A stretch of 64,000 nucleotides of DNA from an uncultured virus (IMG/VR IMGVR_UViG_3300042568_000222). Taxonomy: Duplodnaviria > Heunggongvirae > Uroviricota > Caudoviricetes > Crassvirales. Where the stretch lies: IMG/VR virus record IMGVR_UViG_3300042568_000222; one strand, 5' to 3'. The position numbers and the translations under genes were made by a program. Under the pieces are notes generated by a model. It was not told the DNA's origin. It did no database searches and worked only from the letters and a program-made list of their open reading frames with translations. Positions 16,574 to 29,553 of the stretch are shown one piece after another. Every line of letters begins with the position of its first letter. Positions within the stretch are counted from its first letter, which is position 1.

Positions 16574-16647
16574 GGTCAGGTATCTCAACTGGTAGAGTGT
16601 TTGGTCATCGTACCGAGCGGTTGCGGGTTCGAATCCCGCCCTGACTG
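16574..16647 (+). tRNA. Atypical tRNA with 8-nt anticodon loop, identity undetermined
   Basis: Acceptor GGTCAGG/CCTGACT, T-arm GCGGG-TTCGAAT-CCCGC, stem TTTGG/CCGAG around TCATCGTA. Confidence 0.7.
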
Positions 16648-16652
16648 CAATC

Positions 16653-16726
16653 GCACCCGTAGCTCAGCAGGATAGAGCAACTGCCTTCTAAGCAGTCGGC
16701 CACAGGTTCGAATCCTGTCGGGTGTA
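16653..16726 (+). tRNA. tRNA-Arg(UCU)
   Basis: Canonical cloverleaf; ACTGC-CTTCTAA-GCAGT anticodon arm. Confidence 0.93.
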
Positions 16727-16738
16727 CAATTCAATTCA

Positions 16739-17365
16739 ATGAAAGTCAAGCTTTTAACAATTACACCTGACGCGGAGAAGCACATCGTAGAGGTAGCCCG
16801 CGTATCTAGCTCTAGGGTTGACAAGCGCCAGAACTACGAACAGCTGATCAAGTACCTTATTATGCACAAGCATTGGTCTCCGTTTGAACATTCTTACCTG
16901 ACGTTTGAGATAGAGACAAGTAAGGCTGTAGCAATCCAGCTGCTTCGTCACAGAAGCTTTACCTTCCAAGAGTTCAGCCAGCGTTACCAAGACGTAAATC
17001 ATCTTGGGGATTTGTTTGAGCCAGTAGAACTCCGATACCAAGCCACAAGCAATAGGCAGTCATCCACAGAGCCAGTGGAGAACTCTATCCTTGACAACAA
17101 GGTGAAGATGGTGCTGGCAGCTTGTGAGCAGTTGTACAACAACCTCATCGAATGCGGGGTGTCTAGAGAGACGGCTCGTATGGTGTTGCCACTCACCACG
17201 AAGACTAAAATCCATATGACTGGTAGCGTTCGCTCTTGGATCCATTTCTTGGATGTGCGAGATGATGTTCACGCGCAGTTGGAGATCCAGTCAGTAGCGA
17301 AGGTGATAAAGGCTATATTTGCAGAACAGCTCCCCACCATAGGCAGGGCGCTAAAATTTAATTAA
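16739..17365 (+). CDS. thyX: FAD-dependent thymidylate synthase
   Basis: HWSPFEH, QLLRHRSFTFQEFSQRY, ETARMVLP, HAQLEI. Confidence 0.97.
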   Translation: MKVKLLTITPDAEKHIVEVARVSSSRVDKRQNYEQLIKYLIMHKHWSPFEHSYLTFEIETSKAVAIQLLRHRSFTFQEFSQRYQDVNHLGDLFEPVELRYQATSNRQSSTEPVENSILDNKVKMVLAACEQLYNNLIECGVSRETARMVLPLTTKTKIHMTGSVRSWIHFLDVRDDVHAQLEIQSVAKVIKAIFAEQLPTIGRALKFN

Positions 17366-17374
17366 CTTCATCAC

Positions 17375-17548
17375 ATGAAGAATCTCGTCCTCTTCGCTGG
17401 CATCGTTGCCGTATTGTCCTCTTGCTCACCATCTCAGAACGTAGCACGCAATGCGCGTTACTACAAGCGTAAGGAGATGAATGCAAACGGACCTCTGTTC
17501 CCAGGTTCAACACCTTGCTGTGTAGGCTGCTTGCAAGTACACTTCTAA
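17375..17548 (+). CDS. Small lipoprotein (57 aa)
   Basis: MKNLVLFAGIVAVLSS-C lipobox; C-terminal PCCVGC; stop overlaps the terminase ATG. Confidence 0.7.
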   Translation: MKNLVLFAGIVAVLSSCSPSQNVARNARYYKRKEMNANGPLFPGSTPCCVGCLQVHF

Positions 17549-19665
17549 TGTCTGCTCTGGTTAAGATAGAAGGGTATAAGGATCTAGCCATAAAGATTGA
17601 TCCAAACGGTACTGAAGGGGAGGTCGTGGAAATGCACGGCCTCCTTATCGTTTTACCAAAGAGGCCGCCAAAGAACCAGATCTTGTTTCACGACAAGAAG
17701 AAGGCGGACCAGCACTGGACCAGACTTCCTGTCCCGCAGGAGATGTCTAGGATTAAAAGTTTTGACGAGTGGAATGAGAAGCCAGAAACCATTCGAGACA
17801 GGTATTCTTCGTTTATCGAGAAAGAGTTTGAATACCGACGTAATGGTGTGTGGTTCTACAACAATGGTGTTCCTACGTACATCACTGGCAGGCACTATAT
17901 GTTTTTACAGTGGTCTAAAATCGATGTAGGGTTCCCCAGTTACTTTAGCTTTCAACGTGAAATATATATCCACCTGGCTGCGTGCGAAGTCGATCCCCGT
18001 TGTTTCGGTCAGCTATATACTAAATGTCGTCGCTCTGGCTACACTAACATCTGTTCTAGCATACTTGTGGACGAGGGTACGCAGGTTAGCGACAAGCTTT
18101 TGGGCATTCAGTCAAAGACTGGTAAGGATGCTCAAGAGAACATCTTCATGAAGAAGGTCGTCCCGATCTTTACCAACTACCCTTGGTTCTTCAAGCCTAT
18201 CCAAGACGGTACTACCAACCCGCGTATGGAGTTGGCGTTCCGTGAGCCAGCCAAGAGAATTACCAAGAAGAACAAGACGACCACCGTTGGTGACGCTTTG
18301 AATACGGTGATCAACTGGAAGAACACCACGAACAACGCATATGACGGTGAGAAGGTTCACATATTGTATCTGGACGAAGCGGGGAAGTGGGAGAAGCCTA
18401 CGGATATCAGAGAGGCGTGGAGGATCGAGCGTACATGTCTGCTGGTGGGTAACAAGATTATCGGAAAGGCTTTGGTAGGGAGTACGGTGAACCCTATGGA
18501 TAAGGGCGGCGACGAATACAAGCATTTGTGGAATGACAGCAATCCGCAGGAGCGTAACGCCAACGGAAGAACTAAAAGCGGTCTGTACAGAATCTTCATC
18601 CCCGCTTACCACGCGCTAGAAGGATTCTTCGACAAGTATGGGGAGGCGGTGGTAGAGAACCCAGAGTCGCCAGTAGAGAGTATCGAGCAGGGGATGTTTG
18701 TGACTAGCGGAGCAAAGGAATACCTGAAGAACGAAAGGGACGGGTTGAAGCACGACTCCTCTCAACTAAACGAAGTCATCAGGCAGTTTCCGTTTACGGA
18801 GGACGAGGCATTCAGGGATAGCATTGACGGGAGCCTGTTCAACATCGGAAAGATCTACGAGCAAATAGAACACAACCAAGATATGTTCCCAAATCCTGTG
18901 GTAAAGGGCAACTTTATCTGGGAGAAGAAAGACGAGAAGGTAGTGTTCTCACCAGACATCAACGGAAGGTTCCGAGTTGCGTGGTTGCCCCCAGAAGAGG
19001 AACGATGTGTGGTGAATGAATATAGGGGTCAGCGTGTAGCCCCGTTTGCTGTTTACGGGTGTGGGGGCGTGGACTCGTATGACATCGACGCAACGCTAGA
19101 CGGAAGGGGTTCGAAGGGTGCTATGCATATGTACAACAAGTTCTCTATGAACAGACCTAGCAATATGTTCGTTGTGGAGTATTCCTCTCGACCAGACCTT
19201 GCTAAGATCTTCTACGAGGATGTGTTGATGTGTGCGTTCTTCTATGGATATCCGCTGCTTATAGAGAACAACAAGTACGGTATCGTAAGGTATTTCGAGA
19301 GCAGGGGATATGACGGGTATGTGATGGATAGACCAGACCACCTGCGTTCATCTTCTTCGCACGTCAACGTAAAGACGAAGGGCATCCCGTCAAACTCTCA
19401 GGACGTGATCCACGCGCACGCGCAAGCGATAGAATACTACGTGCATAATCATGTGGGTATAAACTACGAGACAGGGGAACACGGAAATATGTATTTTGAT
19501 AGGACGCTAGAGGAGTGGATTGCCTTTAAGATCGACAAGCGAACCAAGTACGACTTGACAATCAGTTCTGGCCTAGCTCTTTTGGCTGCTCAGAAGCCAA
19601 ATGCCAAGCCCAAAGCCGTATTCGATGACAAGGTATTCTTTAGGAAATATAGGGCAATAGGTTGA
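17548..19665 (+). CDS. terL: Terminase large subunit
   Basis: KCRRSGYT Walker A, LYLDEAGKW Walker B, GSTVN, GGVDSYD nuclease, LIENNK, YDLTISSG. Confidence 0.92.
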   Translation: MSALVKIEGYKDLAIKIDPNGTEGEVVEMHGLLIVLPKRPPKNQILFHDKKKADQHWTRLPVPQEMSRIKSFDEWNEKPETIRDRYSSFIEKEFEYRRNGVWFYNNGVPTYITGRHYMFLQWSKIDVGFPSYFSFQREIYIHLAACEVDPRCFGQLYTKCRRSGYTNICSSILVDEGTQVSDKLLGIQSKTGKDAQENIFMKKVVPIFTNYPWFFKPIQDGTTNPRMELAFREPAKRITKKNKTTTVGDALNTVINWKNTTNNAYDGEKVHILYLDEAGKWEKPTDIREAWRIERTCLLVGNKIIGKALVGSTVNPMDKGGDEYKHLWNDSNPQERNANGRTKSGLYRIFIPAYHALEGFFDKYGEAVVENPESPVESIEQGMFVTSGAKEYLKNERDGLKHDSSQLNEVIRQFPFTEDEAFRDSIDGSLFNIGKIYEQIEHNQDMFPNPVVKGNFIWEKKDEKVVFSPDINGRFRVAWLPPEEERCVVNEYRGQRVAPFAVYGCGGVDSYDIDATLDGRGSKGAMHMYNKFSMNRPSNMFVVEYSSRPDLAKIFYEDVLMCAFFYGYPLLIENNKYGIVRYFESRGYDGYVMDRPDHLRSSSSHVNVKTKGIPSNSQDVIHAHAQAIEYYVHNHVGINYETGEHGNMYFDRTLEEWIAFKIDKRTKYDLTISSGLALLAAQKPNAKPKAVFDDKVFFRKYRAIG

Positions 19666-19707
19666 TTACGTATATTTGTGGGGTTACGTTTAGTATCTTC
19701 CCATATA

Positions 19708-22095
19708 ATGTACAACAAGGATAAGAAAAATACTGGCGGCTTTCCAGACCCCTTGGCCCCGATGGAGGTAAAGCAGTCGGAAGAATATGGCCTTCAGTAT
19801 GCCAAAGCGATTGAGAACCAGTGGGGTAAGTTAAACTCAACCGACTCTCTCTTCAGCCGTCGGAACGTGATGTTCGAGCGTTGTAGAAACTATGCTAACG
19901 GAACGCAAGACACTTCTATTTACAAGAAGCTTCTGCATACCCTCGATCCAAATAGCAACGACGGCAGCCTTGTAAATTTGGATTATACCCCTGTTCCAAT
20001 CCTTCCCAAGTTTAATCGGGTGGTGGTGAATAAGATCTTGTCTAGAGACCCCTATCCAAACCTTGAGGCAATTGATCCTCTGTCCTCTTCTGAGAAGAAC
20101 AAGCGAAAGAAGGTTATCGAGTTGCAAGTTCAGTCTAGGCAGCAGCTTATCCAACTGAAGGAGCAGACGGGCATGGTGCTTGGGATGGAGCCAGAGCAAA
20201 TCCCTGAGACGCTGGAGGAAGCTGAAATCTTCATGGGGACAAACGTCAAGACGGACGCAGAGGTGACAGCACAGATTGCTACGAACCTCACGCTGTCTTG
20301 GAATAACTTTAACGACAACACGTACAGACGTTGTGTCAACGACCTGTCTAGCTTGGGTATGGCTGTAGCAAAGCGTAGCAACGATCCCAACTACGGCATC
20401 AAGGTTGACTATGTCGACCCATCTAGATTCGTACACAGCTACACGGAAGACCCGAACTTTGACGACATCGTATACGGTGGTCACGTTAAAAGAATCACAA
20501 TCAACGAGTTACGTAGAATCTCCAACGGAAGTCTTGACGAAGAGAAGCTGAAGAAGATTGCTACGAAGGTTCGCAACCAGTATAACAACGATCCGTACAG
20601 CATTGACAAGTTCCATTACGACGACAGACTCAAGCGTAACGTATATGGGTACGACGAGTACATGGTTGATGTTATGGACTTTGAGTTCTTGTCTGTAGAC
20701 AATATGTACTTTGAAGAGAAGGAGAACAGATACGGCAATTCAAACTTCTTCTACAAGGGATTCGAGTACACCCCTAAGGCTGGGAGCGTATACGAGAGAA
20801 AGCCTAGCATGATGACGATAACTACTGTCTATGCTGGTAGTTATATCCTTGGGTGCGAAGACTATCTCTTCAACTACGGAAGATCTATAAACGTCCCAAA
20901 AAACATCCACGACATCACTAGGGCCAGGCTTTCATATTCTGTGATTGCTACGAACCTAACGAACATGATGCCTAAGGGAATGGTGGACAGCTGTATCGGC
21001 TTTGCTGATATGATTCAGCTGACTCATCTGAAGATCCAACAGGCTATCGCCAAGGCGAAACCAGACGGACTTATCATCGACATCGAAGGGCTGGAGAATG
21101 TGCAGCTTGGAAAGGGCGGTGAGATGCAGCCCTTGGACTTGCAGGACATCTACGAACAGACTGGTGTCTTCTACTACAGAAGCAAGAACCCTGAGGGAGG
21201 ATTCCAGAACCCACCCATCAGAGAGATAAATAATACAATCAGAAACATAAACGAGCTGATTGGAATCTACAACCATTATCTAAGACTGATTCGAGATGTT
21301 ACTGGTATCAACGATGTTATGGATTCTTCTTCCCCCAAAGGCGAAGCACTCGTTGGGGTTCGTGAACAGGCGCTCGCGGCTGCAAACAATGCTATCTATG
21401 ATATCACGAATGCCGCTATGGTTCTTTACAAGAAGGTCTGTGAGGATATTGTAAAGTGCGTGCAGATCCTCCCAAAGGATTCAGTTATCTACAGGGTATA
21501 TGAGACTGCTATCGGGAAGGAGAACATGAGTATTATTACTTCATTTGAAGACCTCCCTATGTACAACTTCGGTGTGCAGGTGGTGAAGGATATGGAGGAT
21601 AAGGATCGTCAGTACCTAGAGCAAAACATCCAGATCTCTTTGCAGCAGAAAGAACTGGACATTGAAGATGCTATTGCGATACGCAACATGAAGGATGTGA
21701 ATCAGGCGGAACTGCTTTTGATTAGCAGACGCAAGAAGCGTATCCAGCGTATGCAGGACCAAGCAGAGCAGAACTCTAGGGTACAGGCTGAGTTGCAACA
21801 GCAGTCTGCTGCTGCGGCTTCACAGGCTAAGATGCAAGAGATGCAGATGCAAGCTCAGATCGAAGCGCAGAAGATCCAGTTGCAGACGGAGGCAGAAGCA
21901 CAGCTTGAACAGCTTAGACATCAGGGCCGTATGCAGGTGGAGATGCTCAAGGCACAGGCCATGCTTGGATTCAAGACTGACGAGAAGGATTTCAAAGAAA
22001 AGCTTGAGGTGTTCAAGGAAGACAGAAAAGATTCTCGTGTGGCAAAGCAAGCGCAAGAACAGAGCAGACTAATTGAACAAAGAAAAACAATATAA
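19708..22095 (+). CDS. Portal protein
   Basis: Follows terL; NLDYTPVPILPKF, DVTGIND, Gln-rich C-terminal barrel; start MYNKDK. Confidence 0.88.
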   Translation: MYNKDKKNTGGFPDPLAPMEVKQSEEYGLQYAKAIENQWGKLNSTDSLFSRRNVMFERCRNYANGTQDTSIYKKLLHTLDPNSNDGSLVNLDYTPVPILPKFNRVVVNKILSRDPYPNLEAIDPLSSSEKNKRKKVIELQVQSRQQLIQLKEQTGMVLGMEPEQIPETLEEAEIFMGTNVKTDAEVTAQIATNLTLSWNNFNDNTYRRCVNDLSSLGMAVAKRSNDPNYGIKVDYVDPSRFVHSYTEDPNFDDIVYGGHVKRITINELRRISNGSLDEEKLKKIATKVRNQYNNDPYSIDKFHYDDRLKRNVYGYDEYMVDVMDFEFLSVDNMYFEEKENRYGNSNFFYKGFEYTPKAGSVYERKPSMMTITTVYAGSYILGCEDYLFNYGRSINVPKNIHDITRARLSYSVIATNLTNMMPKGMVDSCIGFADMIQLTHLKIQQAIAKAKPDGLIIDIEGLENVQLGKGGEMQPLDLQDIYEQTGVFYYRSKNPEGGFQNPPIREINNTIRNINELIGIYNHYLRLIRDVTGINDVMDSSSPKGEALVGVREQALAAANNAIYDITNAAMVLYKKVCEDIVKCVQILPKDSVIYRVYETAIGKENMSIITSFEDLPMYNFGVQVVKDMEDKDRQYLEQNIQISLQQKELDIEDAIAIRNMKDVNQAELLLISRRKKRIQRMQDQAEQNSRVQAELQQQSAAAASQAKMQEMQMQAQIEAQKIQLQTEAEAQLEQLRHQGRMQVEMLKAQAMLGFKTDEKDFKEKLEVFKEDRKDSRVAKQAQEQSRLIEQRKTI

Positions 22096-22097
22096 TC

Positions 22098-22547
22098 ATG
22101 GCTGGCAGAGTAAGTCTAGATAACGCAGATAAACTGGATATCGTCTGTAAGAAGGGGGATACGTTTAAGCTGAACCTGAAGTTGAAGGACAGCGATGGCG
22201 TTCCAATTGAACTCTCTACCCTTGGGTATACGTTTGTGATGCAGGTTAGGGAGAAGAGTACGGTTACTACGTTCCCTGTAGAAATCGTGACGAAGGGCAA
22301 TGTTATAATCAGTTCTCCTGATGCTATAGAGACGCAGGACATAAATGGTACTCAGTACACTAACAAGAGTTTTGATCCGATTACGGTTGATAATAGTGGC
22401 AACGTGTTGATTACCGCCAGCCATAACGTGATGAAAGACATCGTCCCTGGTAAGTACGTCTACGATATTCAGTCTGTAGTTGCTGGGGAATACAAGACAA
22501 TTCTGAGGGGGGCATTTATCGTGAACACCGACATAACTGAAGTGTAA
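22098..22547 (+). CDS. BppU-like fibre attachment/adaptor protein
   Basis: [27 protein letters not shown]. Confidence 0.65.
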   Translation: MAGRVSLDNADKLDIVCKKGDTFKLNLKLKDSDGVPIELSTLGYTFVMQVREKSTVTTFPVEIVTKGNVIISSPDAIETQDINGTQYTNKSFDPITVDNSGNVLITASHNVMKDIVPGKYVYDIQSVVAGEYKTILRGAFIVNTDITEV

Positions 22548-23836
22548 TGCCGATCAATATCCTTGATACGGATTCTATTACAGTAGAGGTATCTATTCCT
22601 GCCGTCAGGGGTACAGATGGGCCGACTGGTGCTACGGGGCCAACTGGTCCTGCTGGAGGTCCTATCGGTCCTACTGGGTCTACAGGCGCTACTGGCGCTG
22701 ACTCAACTGTTGCTGGCCCTACTGGTGTTACAGGGGCTACTGGAGCAACTGGCGCGACAGGCGCTACAGGTGATACTGGCCTAACAGGAGCTACAGGCTC
22801 CACAGGGGCTACTGGTGCGACAGGTTCTACAGGCGCTACTGGTCCAACGGGAGCCACTGGTGCAACAGGTGTTGGTGGAACTCCAGGTGGAGTGACTAAC
22901 TCTGTTCAGTTCAATAACGGATCTGCATTTGCTGGTGGTACGTCCTTGGTTTGGATTGCTTCTACCTCTAGACTTGGGGTGAATGTTGCATCTCCAACTG
23001 TTTCGTTAGATGTAAGTGGAAACACCAAGATAAACGGAAAGCTAAACTTAAACACAGGCACAAATAATACGATAGCTGGTGATTCTGCTGGCAGCTCTAT
23101 TACCACTGGGTCTGACAATGTTTTCATTGGCACTGGATCTGGATTTTCTGTTACCAGCACTGGTAGTCAAAACACGTTTGTTGGGACATATGCTGGATTC
23201 AGGAACAATGCTACTTCAAACACTGCTGTTGGTATATATGCTTTTTATGGTGGATCATCAAGCAATAGTTCTTTTGATAATACTTGTGTAGGTAACGCTT
23301 CTTTGTTTAATGTCACTAGCACATATTTTAATACTTGTATTGGGACTAGAACTGGGTATAACATAACAACTGGAGCTAGCAATACAATAATAGGTCACTA
23401 TGCTGGTGAGAACATAACTACTGGTAGTAGCAATGTATTTCTTGGCAAAGGTGCTGGAGGACAAGAAACTACAGCATCAAACAAGTTATATATAGCTAAC
23501 ACAAACACAACTACCCCATTAGTATATGGTGAGTTTGACAACTCTTTAGTTCGATTTAGAAACGTAGTTCAGATATATGGAACTGGCACAAGTTCTTCTA
23601 GTACCCCGTTGTATGTTCAAGACGGTAGCTCTGCAAACCTTCTTACAGTAAGAGCAGACGGGGCATTTGCATTTAAAGGAGGTACTGTGGGAGTTGCTCA
23701 AACAGGATACACCACGTTCACTAACCTAACCACTGATCGCACCTGTGATGCAGACACAGTGACTACAGCTGAGTTGGCTGACATTGTAGGTACGTTGATT
23801 GTGGATTTGAAAGCAAAAGGAATTATAGCGACATAA
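22547..23836 (+). CDS. Collagen-like fibre protein with beta-roll repeats
   Basis: (G-A/P/S-T)n segment, [17 protein letters not shown] repeats, C-terminal [11 protein letters not shown]. Confidence 0.85.
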   Translation: MPINILDTDSITVEVSIPAVRGTDGPTGATGPTGPAGGPIGPTGSTGATGADSTVAGPTGVTGATGATGATGATGDTGLTGATGSTGATGATGSTGATGPTGATGATGVGGTPGGVTNSVQFNNGSAFAGGTSLVWIASTSRLGVNVASPTVSLDVSGNTKINGKLNLNTGTNNTIAGDSAGSSITTGSDNVFIGTGSGFSVTSTGSQNTFVGTYAGFRNNATSNTAVGIYAFYGGSSSNSSFDNTCVGNASLFNVTSTYFNTCIGTRTGYNITTGASNTIIGHYAGENITTGSSNVFLGKGAGGQETTASNKLYIANTNTTTPLVYGEFDNSLVRFRNVVQIYGTGTSSSSTPLYVQDGSSANLLTVRADGAFAFKGGTVGVAQTGYTTFTNLTTDRTCDADTVTTAELADIVGTLIVDLKAKGIIAT

Positions 23837-23839
23837 TAG

Positions 23840-26811
<2,972 letters not shown>

Positions 26812-26815
<4 letters not shown>

Positions 26816-27600
26816 TGTTCCTTAATGCAGTTGCTTCGGCAAGAAGAAGGTACCCAGTCATCACTAACGGGCTGAAGTTGTATCTGGATGCGTATAACCT
26901 CGACAGCTATTCGGGAAGCGGGAGCGTGTGGTATGACATCTCAAATAGTGCCTATAACTTTAACGTGGTAGGCGCTACATGGGCGGTTAGTGGTGGTCGA
27001 AGATATTTTGAATTAGACGGAGTGAATGATTACATATGGGGTAATTCAGATACAACATTATTTGATATTACAACTTCAGGTTGGACATGGAGCATGTGGA
27101 TGTATCATGTAACAGCCCCACAAGGTCTTGACGTACTTGTTAACGCTACATATAGTGGTTACTCTCCATATAATTTTGACCATAGAAACAATACAGGCAA
27201 TACAGTAACTGGTAATGGTTGGGCAAGTATTATAGGGGCATCAGTGACTCCATATTGGGACAGAAGAACGGTTTATGCCCAAACAATTACAACAGGAACG
27301 TGGAGACACATTACCTTTACATTTACTTACACAAGTGACACTGCATGCACGCTTAGAATATATATAAATGGAACACAAGTAGTTACTCAAAACCATACTT
27401 TAACAGCTGGGCAAAGCTGGACACAGGCAAATAACACATCAACTCGACCAATTTTAGGGGCATTTTATTTTGTTGGTTCTGCTACATTTGGTCGATTTAA
27501 TAACATTAGAGTAGGCGAGTTGTTGAACTATAATCGCACACTATCTGCCACAGAAATAAGCGACAACTATAACTCAACCAAATCAAATTACGGATTATGA
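26812..27600 (+). CDS. LamG/concanavalin A-like lectin, candidate receptor-binding protein
   Basis: [53 protein letters not shown]. Confidence 0.85.
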
Positions 27601-27818
27601 ACTACTGGTATCATATCTATAACATTAACGAATTAAACAATGTAAACTGGCTACAATTTAAACAGTTTATTAAATGGAACTTAACAGCAACGGAATTTTG
27701 TTTAGAGTATATAGAAGAGCCAGTTGATAAGACTGGTGTGTTAACCCGTGACGAGGCCGCTGAGTTGACTAAGACAGACGAGTGGCAGAATAACGACCCT
27801 AATCTTGGCCAAGTCTAA
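27597..27818 (+). CDS. Small fibre-associated protein
   Basis: 73 aa, coupled to the LamG gene. Confidence 0.6.
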   Translation: MNYWYHIYNINELNNVNWLQFKQFIKWNLTATEFCLEYIEEPVDKTGVLTRDEAAELTKTDEWQNNDPNLGQV

Positions 27819-27823
27819 ATAAC

Positions 27824-28111
27824 ATGGAAAATAAAATATCCTCAATCCTAAAGAAGAACGGTTTGTCTGGGGTTAACAAACCCAAGGCTACCCCGTCTCA
27901 CCCAACAAAGTCTCACGTAGTGCTGGCTAAGGAGGGTGGTAAAACAAAACTGATTCGATTCGGTCAGCAAGGCGTGTCTGGATCCCCGAAGAAACAAGGG
28001 GAGTCAGATGCGTATAGAAGCCGAAGAGAACGGTTTAAAGCACGCCATGCTAGCAACATAGCAAAGGGCAAGATGAGTGCTGCGTACTGGGCCAATAGGG
28101 TAAAATGGTGA
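27824..28111 (+). CDS. Conserved basic phage protein
   Basis: KSHVVLAK..LIRFGQQG..RRERFKARH..SAAYWANRVKW. Confidence 0.8.
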   Translation: MENKISSILKKNGLSGVNKPKATPSHPTKSHVVLAKEGGKTKLIRFGQQGVSGSPKKQGESDAYRSRRERFKARHASNIAKGKMSAAYWANRVKW

Positions 28112-28140
28112 TGAATCAGTTTTACTATTTTTGTAAAACA

Positions 28141-28347
28141 ATGGACATTAGCATCTACCAAATTATTGTTCTCGCTGCTGGGGTAGTGGGGGTATATGTA
28201 AAGCTCAACATAGAGATCAGCAAACTGTCTCTTCGTTTGGATATTCACGAGAAGCAAACTGTTCAATTACAGAACAGTATAGACAAATTACTGAAAGACG
28301 TTCAGGAGATCAAACTGCTTTTGGCAAGAAAGCAGATAGATGAATAA
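28141..28347 (+). CDS. Single-TM coiled-coil protein (lysis accessory or holin-like)
   Basis: IIVLAAGVVGVYVKL then coiled coil; TATTTTTG upstream. Confidence 0.6.
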   Translation: MDISIYQIIVLAAGVVGVYVKLNIEISKLSLRLDIHEKQTVQLQNSIDKLLKDVQEIKLLLARKQIDE

Positions 28348-28378
28348 TTTTTATATTTGCTGAAAATCCTACATAGTT

Positions 28379-28783
28379 ATGCCAACCACAAACGCAACAA
28401 TCACTCTCTCTAGCGCGGATCTTACGAACGATGTCCTTGCGCTGACGCAAACGACTCAGCTCAACAAGGCTGGAACGGTGACTGGTCTTGACCAGACCAC
28501 TGGCGTTGGCCGCAAGCTCACAGCAGCCACGGCTCAATACACCCTTGCTGTTGCAAGCGGATTTGCCGATGACGGCGCTCATAAGGTTTACCTGAAGAAC
28601 ACCTCGTCTAACGCAGCAGAATACTTCCTCGTCACCATCAATACGCAGAACGTAGGCAAGTTGTACGCTAGCGACTGGGCATTCTTCCCATGGGGCGCTG
28701 TTGATGCTGCGACTGCTGACATCAAGATCACCCCTAGCTCACCAAACATGACCCTGGAATATATGGTCATCTTCCAATCGTAA
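28379..28783 (+). CDS. Putative virion structural/decoration protein
   Basis: Beta-rich; KVYLKN..LYASDWAFFPW..LEYMV. Confidence 0.65.
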   Translation: MPTTNATITLSSADLTNDVLALTQTTQLNKAGTVTGLDQTTGVGRKLTAATAQYTLAVASGFADDGAHKVYLKNTSSNAAEYFLVTINTQNVGKLYASDWAFFPWGAVDAATADIKITPSSPNMTLEYMVIFQS

Positions 28784-28789
28784 TCTATA

Positions 28790-29194
28790 ATGGCTACACT
28801 AAACGCATCGATCACAATTCAAAGTCCAGACGTTCTTTCTAGCACGTTGGGCATTGCGGTTGGTGTGTCTGCCACTATAGACTCTGGAAGTCTGATCAAG
28901 TCTAAAGTCGCTGCCACATCTACCTCTGGCGCTATTACTATCTACAAGGCTAATGACAAGTTGGATGCGGCTTACGTATTCATCAGAAACCTTGGCAACG
29001 AAAGAGAGAAATACGCTTTTGTGTTTTCTGATTCGGCAACGGACGACACTGTATTCTTGAAGATTGCTGGCGGGGAGTTTGCCTTCATGCCAGTCAAGAA
29101 TGATGTTACGCTGAAGGCATACGTTACTGAAGTGGATCAGATTGTAGAATACGGTGTGTTTGGATTGGATAGTTCATCAGTAACCTTAGCGTAA
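28790..29194 (+). CDS. Putative virion structural/decoration protein (paralogue of 28379-28783)
   Basis: Same length (134 aa); YVFIRN..IAGGEFAFMP..VEYGV. Confidence 0.65.
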   Translation: MATLNASITIQSPDVLSSTLGIAVGVSATIDSGSLIKSKVAATSTSGAITIYKANDKLDAAYVFIRNLGNEREKYAFVFSDSATDDTVFLKIAGGEFAFMPVKNDVTLKAYVTEVDQIVEYGVFGLDSSSVTLA

Positions 29195-29201
29195 AGAAAT
29201 C

Positions 29202-29537
29202 ATGCATCCATACGATCAAAATAGAAGTGCTAAGTCAATCTTAGTAGTTGCGGGAACTACAGCTACGGCTCCATCTGGAAGTTCATTCTACAAAATACAA
29301 TCTGTAGGTGGAACTACAGCACTGACATTTACTGGTCTTGTTCCTTCAGCTGGAGCTATTTGTATCGGTACTACTGGACCTGGAAACTTGGGGGTATATG
29401 GAACTGCAACTGGAATCACTGGAGCAACAGCTGTTTCGACTACTAATGTGTCAATTCCAGCTTCGGCTGGCCCAATCTATGGCAACTGGTCTCAGGTAAA
29501 TATTCTTGCGGGCCAAGCCATAGCATACTTCGGTTAA
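29202..29537 (+). CDS. Putative virion protein
   Basis: Gly/Thr/Ala-rich; ends IYGNWSQV..GQAIAYFG. Confidence 0.6.
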   Translation: MHPYDQNRSAKSILVVAGTTATAPSGSSFYKIQSVGGTTALTFTGLVPSAGAICIGTTGPGNLGVYGTATGITGATAVSTTNVSIPASAGPIYGNWSQVNILAGQAIAYFG

Positions 29538-29553
29538 TTTAATTCACCCATAA

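Noticed and set aside
17548..19665. Introns or inteins in terL (also checked nrdJ and thyX)
   Set aside because: ORFs are continuous, of ordinary length, and lack intein or homing-endonuclease motifs
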